Counted from the first letter of the stretch, positions 20,205-30,274 are shown. The stretch is DNA of 64,000 bases from Candidatus Kaiserbacteria bacterium (GCA_016217925.1 JACRFK010000003.1:271656-335655); one strand, 5' to 3'. Notes: generated by a model from the letters alone, not told the origin. Translations and numbers: made by a program.

Positions 20205-23200
20205 TTACATGGAGCCACCCTTGAACTCAATATCGATTCCCAACCCCCGAAGGTGCCGTACAAGCACGTTAAAGGTTGCGGGTGTGTTCGATTCTTCTAT
20301 CCGCTTGCCTGAGACTATCGCATCGAAGGCGGCGGAGCGGCCGAGGATGTCGTCGGATTTGATGGTGAGTATTTCGCGTAAGCTGTATGCGGCGCCGTAG
20401 CCCAAGAATGCCCAGACTTCCATTTCCCCCACGCGCTGACCGCCGTTCTGCGCTTTGCCGCCGAGCGGCTGTTGTGTCGTAAGCGAGTACGGACCGATGG
20501 AGCGCATGTGTATCTTGTCTTCCACCATATGGTGGAGCTTGAGCATGTACATGACGCCGACGGATACCGGCTGTGCGAAGGCCTCGCCCGTGCGACCGTC
20601 GAAGAGGACGCGCTTGCCAGTCTCCGAAACGCCCGCTTTCGCAAGCTCGCCGCGGATCTCTTCTTCGGTCGCGCCCGCAAACGACGGCACCACGGCCTGA
20701 TAGCCGAGCATGTCCGCCGCGAGCCCGAGATGGAGCTCAAGGATCTGGCCCAAGTTCATACGCGAAGGCACGCCGAGCGGGGTCAAGATGATGTCAACGG
20801 GATTTCCTTGCTCATCGAACGGCATATCTTCTTCCGGCAAGATGCGGGAAATAACGCCCTTGTTGCCGTGACGGCCTGCGAGCTTGTCGCCGACCGATAT
20901 GGTCCGCAATTGTGCGACTTCGATGTGGACTCTTTTTATAACACCTGATTCCAATTGATCGCCCGTCTCGCGCGAAAATACTTTGACGCCGATGACGCGA
21001 CCGCGCTTGCCGCCTTCCATTCGGAGCGAGGTGTCTTTCACGTCCTTCGCTTTCTCGCCGAATATCGCGTGCAGGAGGCGCTCTTCCGGAGTGAGCTGTG
21101 TCTCGCCTTTCGGAGTGACTTTGCCGACCAGGATATCGCCCGAGCGCACTTCGGCGCCGATGCGGATAACACCGTCCTCATCGAGGTTACGGAGCTTGAA
21201 TTCGCTGACGTTGGGGATGTCGTGGGTCGTGACTTCCGCACCAAGCTTCGTATCGCGGACGACACAGATGAATTCCTCCATATGAATAGAGGTGAAGCGC
21301 GCTTCCTTCGCGAGCTTCTCGGAAATAACGATGGCGTCTTCGAAGTTAGCACCGAACCACGGCAAGAACGCCACACGGACATTCTGTCCGATGGCGAGCT
21401 GACCGCCGACCGACGTCGAGGTGTCAGCAAGTACCGTACCCTTCTTCACCGAATCTCCGACGGAAACGAGGGGGCGCTGGTGGAACGTCGTAAAGCCGTT
21501 GGTGCGGGAAAAATTGACGAGCGGATGTTCTTTGGTCTTGCCCTCACTGTTCTTGACCTTGATCATAGACGCATCAGCGTATGTCACTTCGCCCGCTTCT
21601 TCTGCGATGACGAGGCGGCCGGAATCGCGTGCGGCGGCAGCTTCAACGCCGGTCGCGACGACCGGAGCCTCAGGCACCACGAGCGGCACCGCCTGTTTTT
21701 GCATGTTCGAACCCATGAGCGCACGGTTGGCGTCGTCGTTCTCGACGAACGGAATGAGCGAGGTGGCGACGGAGAACGGCTGGTTGGTCGCGACTTCCAT
21801 GAACTCCACCTGCTCGCGTTTTACGAGCGTCGGATTCCCTTCGCGGCGCACTTCCACCATTTTGGGTGTGAGGTGGCCCGATCCATCGCGCGGGATGCCG
21901 GCGTGAGCGATAGCGTATTGTTCTTCTTCAAGCGCGTTCAGATATTTGATCTCTTTGGTGACGACCCCCTTCTCGACTTTGGCATACGGAGTCTCGATGA
22001 TGCCGAATTCGTTGGGGCGCGCGTAGAGCGACATGTGGAGCACGAGTCCGATGTTCTTACCTTCCGGTGTGTGAATGGGGCAGACGCGGCCGTAGTGCGA
22101 GGAGTGGACGTCGCGCACCTCGAGGCCTGCGCGCTCCGATGTGAGGCCGCCGCGGCCGAGTGTCGAGAGCGTGCGGAGATGTTCTATTTCGTCGAGCGTA
22201 TTGTATTGCTGCATGAGCTGCGAAAGTTGGTCGGTCGTGAAGAATTCGCGGATAGCGGCCTGGAACGGTCGCGGATTGACGAACGAGACTGGATTGGTCG
22301 TCTCGGCATCCACCATCGCCATGCGGTCCTGAATATTGCGCTTCATGCGGGAGAGGCCCACGCGCATGCGACCCTCCAAGAGCTCGCCTGCGAATCGGAC
22401 GCGGCGGAAGCCCAGGTGATCGATGTCGTCGGAGACCGCCGCAGGGTCCGCGTTCAACTCCGAGATGTGCGTGATGATGCGGACGACGTCGGCGAGCGAA
22501 AGGGTGGCGTGGGCAAGGTCTTTCTCAGAGGTACCGAGCCCGAAGCGGCGGTTGAAATGGAAGCGTCCGACGCGCGAGAAATCGTAGCGATCGGGCGAAA
22601 GAATAGAGGCGACGTGATCGCGCGCGCTTTCGGGTGTGGCGATATCCCCGTCGCGCAAACGGCGGTAAATCTCGACAAAAGCCTCCTCAGGCGTGTGCGC
22701 GTGGTCGTGGCCGAGGGTCGCTGCTATCGCATCGCGGGCAAGCGGCGATTTCTCGAATTGGGCGAGAATCTCCTTTTCGCTCCCGAGGCCCAAGACGCGC
22801 AAGAGCGACGTTACGGGAAATCGGCGTTTGCGGTCAACTTTGACGTAAATGCCGCCGTCGGCATCGGATTCTATCTCTATCCATACGCCGCGTGCGGGGA
22901 TGATCTTCGCAGCAAAATAATTCTTGCCTTTGTAGGGTATTGATTCAAAGAAAACACCGTACGAGCGCGCGAGCTGCGGTACGACGATGCGTTCGACGCC
23001 GTTGATGACAAAAGTGCCGTGCGGAGTCATCCACGGGAAATCGGCGAGGAATATCTCTTGCTCTTTTTCTTCTCCGGTCGTTTTGTTCTTGAGGCGTACC
23101 ACCATGGAAAGCGGCGATTCGTAGGTCTTCATCGCGCGCTTCGCGTACTGCTCGTCCCAGCGCAATTCGCCGAACGAGAATTTGACGAGCTTGAGCTCGA

Positions 23201-23378
23201 ATTTCTTGCCGGAGTGGTCGGAGATGGGGGAAAATTCCTTGAACACACGCTCGGCGCCTCCCGCGACGAAGTCGTGGAACGACTTTATCTGTGCCTCGAC
23301 GAGGCTCGGAAATTTCACCAGCGGCTCCTGAAATTTCCCGAAGTACTTCTGCGGTCGCACGAGCTTAGATTTTGCCAT
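20205..23378 (-). CDS. rpoB: RNA polymerase beta subunit
   Basis: TPEGKNIGL, ALMGSNMQKQA, GDKLAGRHGNKG, GGQRVGEME. Confidence 0.99.
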   Translation of the reverse strand: MAKSKLVRPQKYFGKFQEPLVKFPSLVEAQIKSFHDFVAGGAERVFKEFSPISDHSGKKFELKLVKFSFGELRWDEQYAKRAMKTYESPLSMVVRLKNKTTGEEKEQEIFLADFPWMTPHGTFVINGVERIVVPQLARSYGVFFESIPYKGKNYFAAKIIPARGVWIEIESDADGGIYVKVDRKRRFPVTSLLRVLGLGSEKEILAQFEKSPLARDAIAATLGHDHAHTPEEAFVEIYRRLRDGDIATPESARDHVASILSPDRYDFSRVGRFHFNRRFGLGTSEKDLAHATLSLADVVRIITHISELNADPAAVSDDIDHLGFRRVRFAGELLEGRMRVGLSRMKRNIQDRMAMVDAETTNPVSFVNPRPFQAAIREFFTTDQLSQLMQQYNTLDEIEHLRTLSTLGRGGLTSERAGLEVRDVHSSHYGRVCPIHTPEGKNIGLVLHMSLYARPNEFGIIETPYAKVEKGVVTKEIKYLNALEEEQYAIAHAGIPRDGSGHLTPKMVEVRREGNPTLVKREQVEFMEVATNQPFSVATSLIPFVENDDANRALMGSNMQKQAVPLVVPEAPVVATGVEAAAARDSGRLVIAEEAGEVTYADASMIKVKNSEGKTKEHPLVNFSRTNGFTTFHQRPLVSVGDSVKKGTVLADTSTSVGGQLAIGQNVRVAFLPWFGANFEDAIVISEKLAKEARFTSIHMEEFICVVRDTKLGAEVTTHDIPNVSEFKLRNLDEDGVIRIGAEVRSGDILVGKVTPKGETQLTPEERLLHAIFGEKAKDVKDTSLRMEGGKRGRVIGVKVFSRETGDQLESGVIKRVHIEVAQLRTISVGDKLAGRHGNKGVISRILPEEDMPFDEQGNPVDIILTPLGVPSRMNLGQILELHLGLAADMLGYQAVVPSFAGATEEEIRGELAKAGVSETGKRVLFDGRTGEAFAQPVSVGVMYMLKLHHMVEDKIHMRSIGPYSLTTQQPLGGKAQNGGQRVGEMEVWAFLGYGAAYSLREILTIKSDDILGRSAAFDAIVSGKRIEESNTPATFNVLVRHLRGLGIDIEFKGGSM

Positions 23379-23580
23379 GTTGCAACAAGATAACCTGGCG
23401 ACGCTTTCGCGTCGTAGGTAAAAATCTTTATTAGCTTTATAAAAAGGCTTCCCCGAACCAAACCCTTTTACTAAAAGCGCAACCGCAACTCAATCAGCTA
23501 GTAGCAAATGTCCGCGGAGTGTACCACATGACGGTCAACCCTCAACCTTGACAGACGCCATCGAGTATTGTATATCCCTA

Positions 23581-23604
23581 ATCTCCGAGGGTTTAACCTC
23601 CCAA
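23581..23604 (+). repeat. REP-like element of the RAYT locus
   Basis: atctccgagggtttaacctcccaa; inverted match 22/24 to 24122-24145. Confidence 0.75.
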
Positions 23605-23625
23605 GTAGAATAATGATGTGCGCCT

Positions 23626-24030
23626 TCAAAGCGCGAGCCACACAGCAAGAAGTAGGAAAATTAGAGCGATGCCGACCATTAGTCCCGTTCCGATGTTCGT
23701 ACTCGACTCGATTATTTTCGAAGATCTCCACCAACTTGATTTGAAGAAATATACAGATAAGAGTCCATAGAGTAGTGCTCCTCCGATGACAACATATAGT
23801 CTAGTTACCGCCGAATCGTACTGTATTTGGTAGTATAAGGTAAACAAAAGTGCTGCGAATCCGACCACAGATAGCAATATCCATTGCGTGTTACTGTATA
23901 CAATGGGCGTCACTTTCTGCCCAGACGCTTTCGGCACAAGCCACTTGCCCAGCCTCCTTTGGTAATATGCAACTAATAAGAGAAGCAGCGCCATCGGCAC
24001 CAAAATTCCAGGTAGATCCCAGTCCCACAT
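23626..24030 (-). CDS. AT-rich hypothetical membrane protein (about 4 TM)
   Basis: hydrophobic segments; lies between inverted REP-like copies. Confidence 0.6.
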   Translation of the reverse strand: MWDWDLPGILVPMALLLLLVAYYQRRLGKWLVPKASGQKVTPIVYSNTQWILLSVVGFAALLFTLYYQIQYDSAVTRLYVVIGGALLYGLLSVYFFKSSWWRSSKIIESSTNIGTGLMVGIALIFLLLAVWLAL

Positions 24031-24121
24031 GCGTGGATTCTACAGGACAAACTCATTTTACGGGAGGCGTCACGAGTAAAGTGGGGATATTGTACTAAGT
24101 ACTCATTAAGTCTCGTTAATA

Positions 24122-24145
24122 TTGGGAGGTTAAACCTCCGGAGAT
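24122..24145 (-). repeat. REP-like element upstream of RAYT
   Basis: ttgggaggttaaacctccggagat hairpin. Confidence 0.75.
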
Positions 24146-24163
24146 TCGTGGTAATCTTTCAGG

Positions 24164-24844
24164 ATGGCAACACGTGCACCATGCGTGACGGAAGAATGGT
24201 ACCACTGTTACAACAGAGGCGTTGATAAACGGAAGGTTTTCGAGTCAAAAGCTGACTACGAACGCTTTATGGGGCTTTTATATGTTTCAAATGGAGATAG
24301 GACTGAGGCAATCTCGGACAGATATCGGAGAGATTTCCCCTCCCTCCTTGCAGAGGACCCGAAGGATCGGGGTGAGCCTCTCGTGGATATTGCCGCTTTT
24401 TCGCTGATGCCGACCCATGTGCACTTCGTGCTGCAACAACTTCAAGACGGAGGGATAGCACGATTCATGCAGAAAATATTTACCGCCTACACGATGCACT
24501 TCAATGCGAGGCGCGAGCGGACAGGAGCCTTGTTCGCGGGTACGTACAAAACGAAACATATCGACGATGACCGGTACCTCAAGAAAGTGATTCCGTACGT
24601 TATTTTGAACCCTGCGGAGTTGTTTGAACCGAAATGGAAACAAGGAAAATGCGATATCGGAAAGATGCGCACACAATTATTGGAATATCCGTACTCAAGT
24701 GTGAAAGAGTTCTTCAACAAAGATGCAACGGCCCAGAAAATTACCGGCGCAGGTATACGGGAATACTTTGACCGAATGCCCAATCTGACGGAAATGCTTG
24801 AAGACGCCCGCGACTACTACCGCGAGTATTCTCCGGAGGTTTAA
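24164..24844 (+). mobile_element. REP-associated tyrosine transposase (RAYT/TnpA-REP, Y1 HUH family)
   Basis: YH.YNRG, LMPTHVH (HUH), G.LF, Y...NP, YPYSS motifs; flanking palindromes. Confidence 0.85.
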
Positions 24845-24853
24845 CCTCCGGAG
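24831..24853. repeat. REP-like palindrome carrying both the RAYT and trmD stop codons
   Basis: ctccggaggt-tta-acctccggag, perfect 10-bp stem. Confidence 0.8.
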
Positions 24854-25533
24854 TTTTTGCGCCCTTTCTTCCACTTCTCTATTTCAGCGTGATTACCCGA
24901 GAGTAGGACCTTGGGAACGCGGTGTTTTCTTCCCTTCCATTCAAGCACTTCGGGGCGCGTATAGACTTCCGGGCTGGATACGCGACTCGCTTCCAGAGAT
25001 TCGGCTTTGCCCAAGACTCCTGGGACGTGCCGGGAAATGGCGTCTATCAGTGTTGTTGCAGGAAGCTCGCCGCCCGTAAGCACGTACGGGCCGACTGAGA
25101 CCTTCTTGGCCTTTCCTCCGAAGGAGGATCCGCCTCCGGCGGACAATACTTTAAAGACCCGCGCATCCACACCCTCATAGTGTCCGCAGATAAATAGAAC
25201 GTCTTTTTTCTTCGAAAGTTTCTTCGCCATCGCTTCATCGAATAATGCGCCGTCAGTCGCGAAGAATATCTTCTCCACTCCCTTCTTATTCCCTATCGCT
25301 TTCTTTACCGCGTTCAACATCGGCTCGGGCCGCAAAACCATACCTGGCCCTCCCCCGTACGGCCGACGATCCACGCGCATATCTTGCGTGCGGGAACTCT
25401 TGCCAATGAATCTTTTGGGGTCGTAGTAGGAAATCTTTATTTTCTTCGCGGCGATAGCACGACCAATGATAGAAGCCTTGAGATACGGCTCGATTGATTC
25501 CGGAAACAAAGTGATGATGTGAAAGTGAATCAT
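24841..25533 (-). CDS. trmD: tRNA (guanine-N1)-methyltransferase
   Basis: PYGGGPGMV, CGHYEGVD, YVLTGGE, YTRP, LLSGNH. Confidence 0.97.
   Translation of the reverse strand: MIHFHIITLFPESIEPYLKASIIGRAIAAKKIKISYYDPKRFIGKSSRTQDMRVDRRPYGGGPGMVLRPEPMLNAVKKAIGNKKGVEKIFFATDGALFDEAMAKKLSKKKDVLFICGHYEGVDARVFKVLSAGGGSSFGGKAKKVSVGPYVLTGGELPATTLIDAISRHVPGVLGKAESLEASRVSSPEVYTRPEVLEWKGRKHRVPKVLLSGNHAEIEKWKKGRKNSGG
25114..25143 (-). repeat. family A element in-frame in trmD (SAGGGSSFGG)
   Basis: tccgccggaggcggatcctccttcggagga. Confidence 0.92.
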
Positions 25534-25569
25534 AGTCCGCATTTCCAACTACTCTCCTCCCTAGCGCGA

Positions 25570-25663
25570 GGCGACGGCGTTTTTTGCAGACCCCGCAGCC
25601 GACGGGCGAGGACAGAGCGATTTTTTAGCAAAAAAATCGCGTTCTGCAAAAAACGCCGCCGCC
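25570..25663. repeat. structured intergenic element (21-bp outer stem, 10-bp inner stem)
   Basis: ggcgacggcgttttttgcaga / tctgcaaaaaacgccgccgcc. Confidence 0.7.
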
Positions 25664-25670
25664 GAGCGCC

Positions 25671-26048
25671 CTACTCCCCCTTCAAATCCTTGATGACATC
25701 ATCAACGGTCGTGTCGCGAACGTACGGCTCCGACGGCGCGCTCGGAGCCGAAGAAGGTCGCTCGCCGCTGCGGTCCGGGGCCATGCCCTGTCCGCGTTCA
25801 CTTCCCTCCGGTTCTTCGATCTTCAAATTCACTCGCGCATCGTTCTTCATGCCGACGACGCGCAAAACGGTGCGGATGGCCTTGGCAGTCGCGCCCGAGC
25901 GGCCGATGACCTTGCCCATGTCGTCCTTGTGCACCGAGAGCGTGAGAAGCACGCCCATCTCATCAACAGTGCGTGTTATCTTTACGTCCTCCGGGTGATC
26001 TGCTAAAGCCTTTACTACGTACTCTAGAAACTGCTGATCTTGTTCCAT
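25671..26048 (-). CDS. khpA: KH-domain RNA-binding protein (KhpA/UPF0109)
   Basis: DMGKVIGRSGATAKAIR; position after rpsP. Confidence 0.88.
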   Translation of the reverse strand: MEQDQQFLEYVVKALADHPEDVKITRTVDEMGVLLTLSVHKDDMGKVIGRSGATAKAIRTVLRVVGMKNDARVNLKIEEPEGSERGQGMAPDRSGERPSSAPSAPSEPYVRDTTVDDVIKDLKGE

Positions 26049-26119
26049 ATCTGTCTTGCTATCTTCTAATAGAGACCGTCAGTATACCCCGCCTGCGCAG
26101 GCAGGCAAAACTACACCTG

Positions 26120-26154
26120 CTTCGCCCGTCCGTAGCTTTATGCGGAGGAGGGGG
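26120..26154 (-). repeat. family C element containing the rpsP stop codon
   Basis: cccctcctccgcaTAAagctacggacgggcgaag. Confidence 0.65.
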
Positions 26155-26542
26155 CTGGAGCTTCTGCGGCTGCTTCCTCCTTTTTTGGCTCTTCTGCGGC
26201 CTCCTCGGCAGGAGCTTCAGCGGCCGGAGCTACAGGGGCGGCTTCAGCTGCCACTTCTTCTTTAGCAGGCTCTTTGTATTTAGGAAGAACGTTTATCTTC
26301 TTTGCGTCGATGACTTTCAGCGATACGAGCATGTTGTGGACGGTGGCGGACGGCTGTGCGCCGACTGATATCCAGTACTTGATGCGCTCCGTGTTGAGTA
26401 CCCGCTTCTTGCTCTTGGGGTCGTAGGTGCCCACTTTGTCGACAAATTTTCCGGCCTTCGGGCTCGCGGTGTGTTCTACCACGACAATGCGGTAAGAAGG
26501 CGTATTGATGCGCCCGGTGCGTTGCATTCGTATCTTCAACAT
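26138..26542 (-). CDS. rpsP: 30S ribosomal protein S16
   Basis: MLKIRMQRTG...YRIVV...G.YDP...GAQPS. Confidence 0.95.
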   Translation of the reverse strand: MLKIRMQRTGRINTPSYRIVVVEHTASPKAGKFVDKVGTYDPKSKKRVLNTERIKYWISVGAQPSATVHNMLVSLKVIDAKKINVLPKYKEPAKEEVAAEAAPVAPAAEAPAEEAAEEPKKEEAAAEAPAPSSA

Positions 26543-26843
26543 AACTTGCCCCGTTAGATAATCAGATAATATTTGGCTAAGAGTCCAAAACTTGCACACC
26601 CCGAATAGTTTTCCCAGCAGCGTTAGATAGTCCGTATCTAACTGGGGTGTCGCGACACTCTAACAAACATTGACCCTCGACGCAATCTCTGTTTGACTGC
26701 TGTGGGAACCGGAGGGAGGTGAACCCAAATGAGTCCATTGACCTTGGCTCTGCTGCTGACGCCCATCCCGGCGGCCTTGCAGGCTTTCGGCTGGCTGTGA
26801 GCCAACGCGGCTGTCCGTACCAATTGCGGACAGCCGTCGTCTT

Positions 26844-26879
26844 TCATTTTGCAACCCGCTCCGCCTCTTCGAGTTTGAC
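26844..26879 (-). pseudogene. orphan copy of the smc 3' end (VKLEEAERVAK*)
   Basis: 10/11 aa identical to the smc tail VKLEEAEMVAK*, with different synonymous codons. Confidence 0.85.
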
Positions 26880-26908
26880 CCCGATGGAAAGCTTCGCTTC
26901 CAACGGGG
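26879..26908. repeat. family B short hairpin (variant)
   Basis: ccccgatggaaagcttcgcttccaacgggg. Confidence 0.75.
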
Positions 26909-26925
26909 CAGGCCGACAACAACGA

Positions 26926-29142
26926 CTACTTAGCGACCATTTCAGCTTCTTCTAACTTAACGGAGAGAAGTTTGGAAACCCCGTCCTGCCCCATGGTGAC
27001 ACCGTAGAGTTCACCGGCGGCACTCATCGTGGCCCTGTTGTGCGTAATGACGATGAGCTGCGACTTCACTCCCAACTCCTTTATCATGTCGGCGTAGCGG
27101 CGCGAGTTGGCCTCGTCGAGCGCGGCGTCCGTCTCGTCCAAAATAAGGAACGGCGGGGGATTCACTTGGCTCATAGAAAAGATGAGCGCGATGGAGGTGA
27201 GCGCGCGCTCTCCGCCGGAGAGCACGTCAAGTCCGCGGATTTTCTTGCGGGGGAGTGCGACGTCGATGGAAAGGCCGGCATACAACTCTTCCTCCTCGTC
27301 CAGAAATCCTTCCTCGTCGCCCTCGTCGATATCTTCGCCTCTGCCGCGTTTGATGCGACGAGGCTCTTCGACTTCGAGCTTGGCGTGGCCGCCGCCGAAA
27401 AGCTTCGCGAAGAAATTCTGCAACGCGACGTTGATGTGCTTGATGCCTTCGGTAAACCGCGCGTCGATCGTTTTTTCGAGGTCGGCGATGATGTCGTGAA
27501 GTTTCTCCGCCGATGCTTCGAGGTCGGCAAGCTCGCGCGCGAGGAATTCTTCGCGCTCTTTGGTCTGGTTGAATTCCCTCACGACCGCATCCCCGCCCCC
27601 TATCCCCGATTCCTCAATCTTTATTTTGAGGCGTTCTATCTCGCGCCGGCGCTTTTCCTGACGCTGCCGGTCCTCTTCGAGCAACGAACCCTCCGGTATC
27701 TCCGATTTTTCCCAACCGTGCACGGCGGCTCCGATGAGCGCGATGCCCTCGCGCACCTCCTCCTCAAATCTGCTACGAAGCGTGGCGATGTTGGCACGGG
27801 CGGCTTGCACTCCTCCAAGCTTGCTTTGCGCCTCGCGAACACCTGATTCCAATTCCATGAGGTCGCGCTCGGCGGTAAATCCCGCCTCGCGCGCTTCCGC
27901 TATCTTTTTTCGCAAAGTCTCCAACTCGCCCGCCAATGCCGATTCTTGGGTGCGCACGCGCTCAAGCGATTTCGCGAGAGCCTCTACCTGCTGGCGCACC
28001 TCTTCATTGGTCTCGGGTGCTGCGCCGGAGAGGCCTTCGACAAAGGCTTTGATGCGCTCGCGTATCTGTGCGAGTCTGCTTTTGATGGCGGCAATATCAT
28101 TCTCGCGCTCTGTCTCGGCAATAGTTTCCGAGAGCTCGCGCGTGAAGCTCCGCACGTGCGGCACGGGGACTATCTGCTCGACTGTCACCGTGTTGGCCTC
28201 CAAGGCACCCTCGGCGCGACCGAGCTCACGGGTAAGCTGTTCGCTTTCGCGCCGCGCCTCGGAGAGCTTTGCCTCACGCTCAGAGACTTTCCCCTGGAGT
28301 TCGGCAATCACGTGCTCGGCCGAGCCGGAGCGTTTGCCGCGCGCTTCGGCGACGCGGCCGCCCAATTGCTTCAATTCCGATTCTTGCGCCCGCACTTCGT
28401 GGAGCAGCCGCGCGTCCTCCTGCGTTATCCACGCATTTTCACGCGCGAGATATTCATTCAATTTCACCGCGAGCTCATCTTTCATCTCGCGCGCTTTCTC
28501 TATCTTTTCCACCTGCGTACGCAGGAAATTCAGGTGCGGCGCAAGTTCTCTGCGAAGCGACTTGGTCTTATCGATATTCACTCCCGTCTCTGCGAGCTTG
28601 CGTTCGCTTTCAGCTTTTTTGTGCTGGTAGAGTTTGAGGCCGAGCGCGTCTTCCACCATCTCCCGGCGCTCACGGGGAGTGGCATTCAATATGCGGTCCG
28701 CTTCGCCCTGCGAAATTATCTGGTAGCCCGAACCGCCGATATTGGCACCCGCAAGCAGGCGTATCACGTCTTTGAGCCGCACCACCGTCCCATTAAGCAA
28801 GTACTCATTTTGGCCGTCGCGATACACCACGCGCTCCACGGTGACCTCCTTGAAATCGAGGTCCAAAAGGCGTTTGGAATTATCAAAAACGACCTTCGCC
28901 CCCGCGCGATTCATACGCGGCAGTGAAGGCGAGCCGCCCCAGATAAGGTCTTCGCCGCGCTTGGAGCGCATGGATTTCATGGACTGTTCGCCCAAGACGA
29001 AGCGGAATGCCTCGGCGACGTTACTCTTGCCGGAGCCGTTGGGCCCGACGACCGCGGTAATGGGCGAACCGAAAAGCAGTTCGGTCTTTTTGCCGAAGGA
29101 TTTGAATCCCGAAAGCTCGATGGATGTAAGACTGAGGAACAT
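26926..29142 (-). CDS. smc: short SMC family ATPase (~738 aa)
   Basis: GFKSF, GPNGSGKSN, Q-loop, LSGGE, LDE.DAALD. Confidence 0.88.
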   Translation of the reverse strand: MFLSLTSIELSGFKSFGKKTELLFGSPITAVVGPNGSGKSNVAEAFRFVLGEQSMKSMRSKRGEDLIWGGSPSLPRMNRAGAKVVFDNSKRLLDLDFKEVTVERVVYRDGQNEYLLNGTVVRLKDVIRLLAGANIGGSGYQIISQGEADRILNATPRERREMVEDALGLKLYQHKKAESERKLAETGVNIDKTKSLRRELAPHLNFLRTQVEKIEKAREMKDELAVKLNEYLARENAWITQEDARLLHEVRAQESELKQLGGRVAEARGKRSGSAEHVIAELQGKVSEREAKLSEARRESEQLTRELGRAEGALEANTVTVEQIVPVPHVRSFTRELSETIAETERENDIAAIKSRLAQIRERIKAFVEGLSGAAPETNEEVRQQVEALAKSLERVRTQESALAGELETLRKKIAEAREAGFTAERDLMELESGVREAQSKLGGVQAARANIATLRSRFEEEVREGIALIGAAVHGWEKSEIPEGSLLEEDRQRQEKRRREIERLKIKIEESGIGGGDAVVREFNQTKEREEFLARELADLEASAEKLHDIIADLEKTIDARFTEGIKHINVALQNFFAKLFGGGHAKLEVEEPRRIKRGRGEDIDEGDEEGFLDEEEELYAGLSIDVALPRKKIRGLDVLSGGERALTSIALIFSMSQVNPPPFLILDETDAALDEANSRRYADMIKELGVKSQLIVITHNRATMSAAGELYGVTMGQDGVSKLLSVKLEEAEMVAK

Positions 29143-29261
29143 CCCGTTAGAAGTAGGAAGCTTGCGCTTCCGACTCGTTAGCTGGCGTTGGTAATAACTC
29201 GACCAGTGTAAAGCATACCGCGGATAAACCACGTTTCGAACTTCCGCGACTTCTAACGGGA
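29142..29261. mobile_element. family B MITE-like element (120 bp) with 4-bp TGTT duplication at the smc start
   Basis: 13-bp terminal inverted repeats tcccgttagaagt/acttctaacggga. Confidence 0.75.
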
Positions 29262-29582
29262 AACATTGACTTCTATTGTATCAAAATATTGGAGCCCGGA
29301 TGTCTGCCCGGGCTCCACGCGTAGCACACGCTGCTACTTCAGAATGCGTCGATGCGGCTGTGCACGAACATCGCCACCAACGTGGGGATCGCGACGCAAA
29401 GTGATTGAACAACCTCAACGGGGTCGGGACCGACTCGGGGGGTCCCCAGAAACCCAAGATTGGCGGGTTTTGGATACCCCGCTGTTGCATCCGGAACATC
29501 GGCATAGTCGCGTTGATGTCGCATCATTTCCTCCGAAGAGACTTTAAGGGATGCGGTGTGCAATCCCGCTTTTAGAATATGC

Positions 29583-30272
29583 CTACCACCCCTTTGCTGT
29601 CAAAGCTTTCTGCGCTGCGTCTTGTTCCGCTTCTTGTTTCGAACGACCTTCGCCGGTCGCGACTTTCTCTTGCCCGATGAAGGCACCGACGACAAATGTG
29701 CGGTCGTGGTCGGGACCACTCTGGCTCATTACCTGGTACGTCGGGGTGATGCCGTTTTTTTCCTGCGCAAGTTCCTGCAACCTACTCTTGGCGTCTTGCC
29801 AAAGCCGCTTCTCGACGACCTCTTCCGTCTTGTGGAAAAGTTGGTCCGCGATGAATTTCTTTGCCGTCTCGTAGCCGGAATCGAGATACAGAGCGCCAAT
29901 GAGCGCTTCGAAGGCATTCGCGAGGATTATCATCCGCGCACGACCGGTATCTTTTGACTCTCCGCGGGACAGCAACAAATAGTCGTTCATGCTCAATTTC
30001 GTCGCGGCGTCGGCGATAGAAACAGTATTCACGAGCGCCGCGCGAAATGAGGTCAAATCCCCTTCCGGTTTATCCGGATACTTGGCATACAAAAATTCCG
30101 TAACCACGAGCTCCAGCACGGCGTCGCCCAAAAATTCGAGACGCTCGTTGTGCTCGCGTCCCGCGGCCTTGTTCTCGTTCAGGTACGAGCGGTGCGTGAA
30201 AGCCGTCTCAAGCAAGCGTTTGTCCTGGAATGAGTATCCGAGCTTGGCCTCAAAGGCTGCGAGATCCGCCAT
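29583..30272 (-). CDS. rnc: ribonuclease III
   Basis: NERLEFLGDAVL; dsRBD. Confidence 0.97.
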   Translation of the reverse strand: MADLAAFEAKLGYSFQDKRLLETAFTHRSYLNENKAAGREHNERLEFLGDAVLELVVTEFLYAKYPDKPEGDLTSFRAALVNTVSIADAATKLSMNDYLLLSRGESKDTGRARMIILANAFEALIGALYLDSGYETAKKFIADQLFHKTEEVVEKRLWQDAKSRLQELAQEKNGITPTYQVMSQSGPDHDRTFVVGAFIGQEKVATGEGRSKQEAEQDAAQKALTAKGW

Positions 30273-30274
30273 AG

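Noticed and set aside
17251-22943. Long plus-strand ORFs (477, 485, 662 aa)
   Set aside because: Antisense shadows of rpoB/rpoC caused by codon bias; the same applies to shadows over rpoD, smc and dnaE
29143-29232. N-terminal extensions of SMC (and of Rpe at 61639-61671)
   Set aside because: They are translations of the family B elements; the conserved proteins begin right after the element
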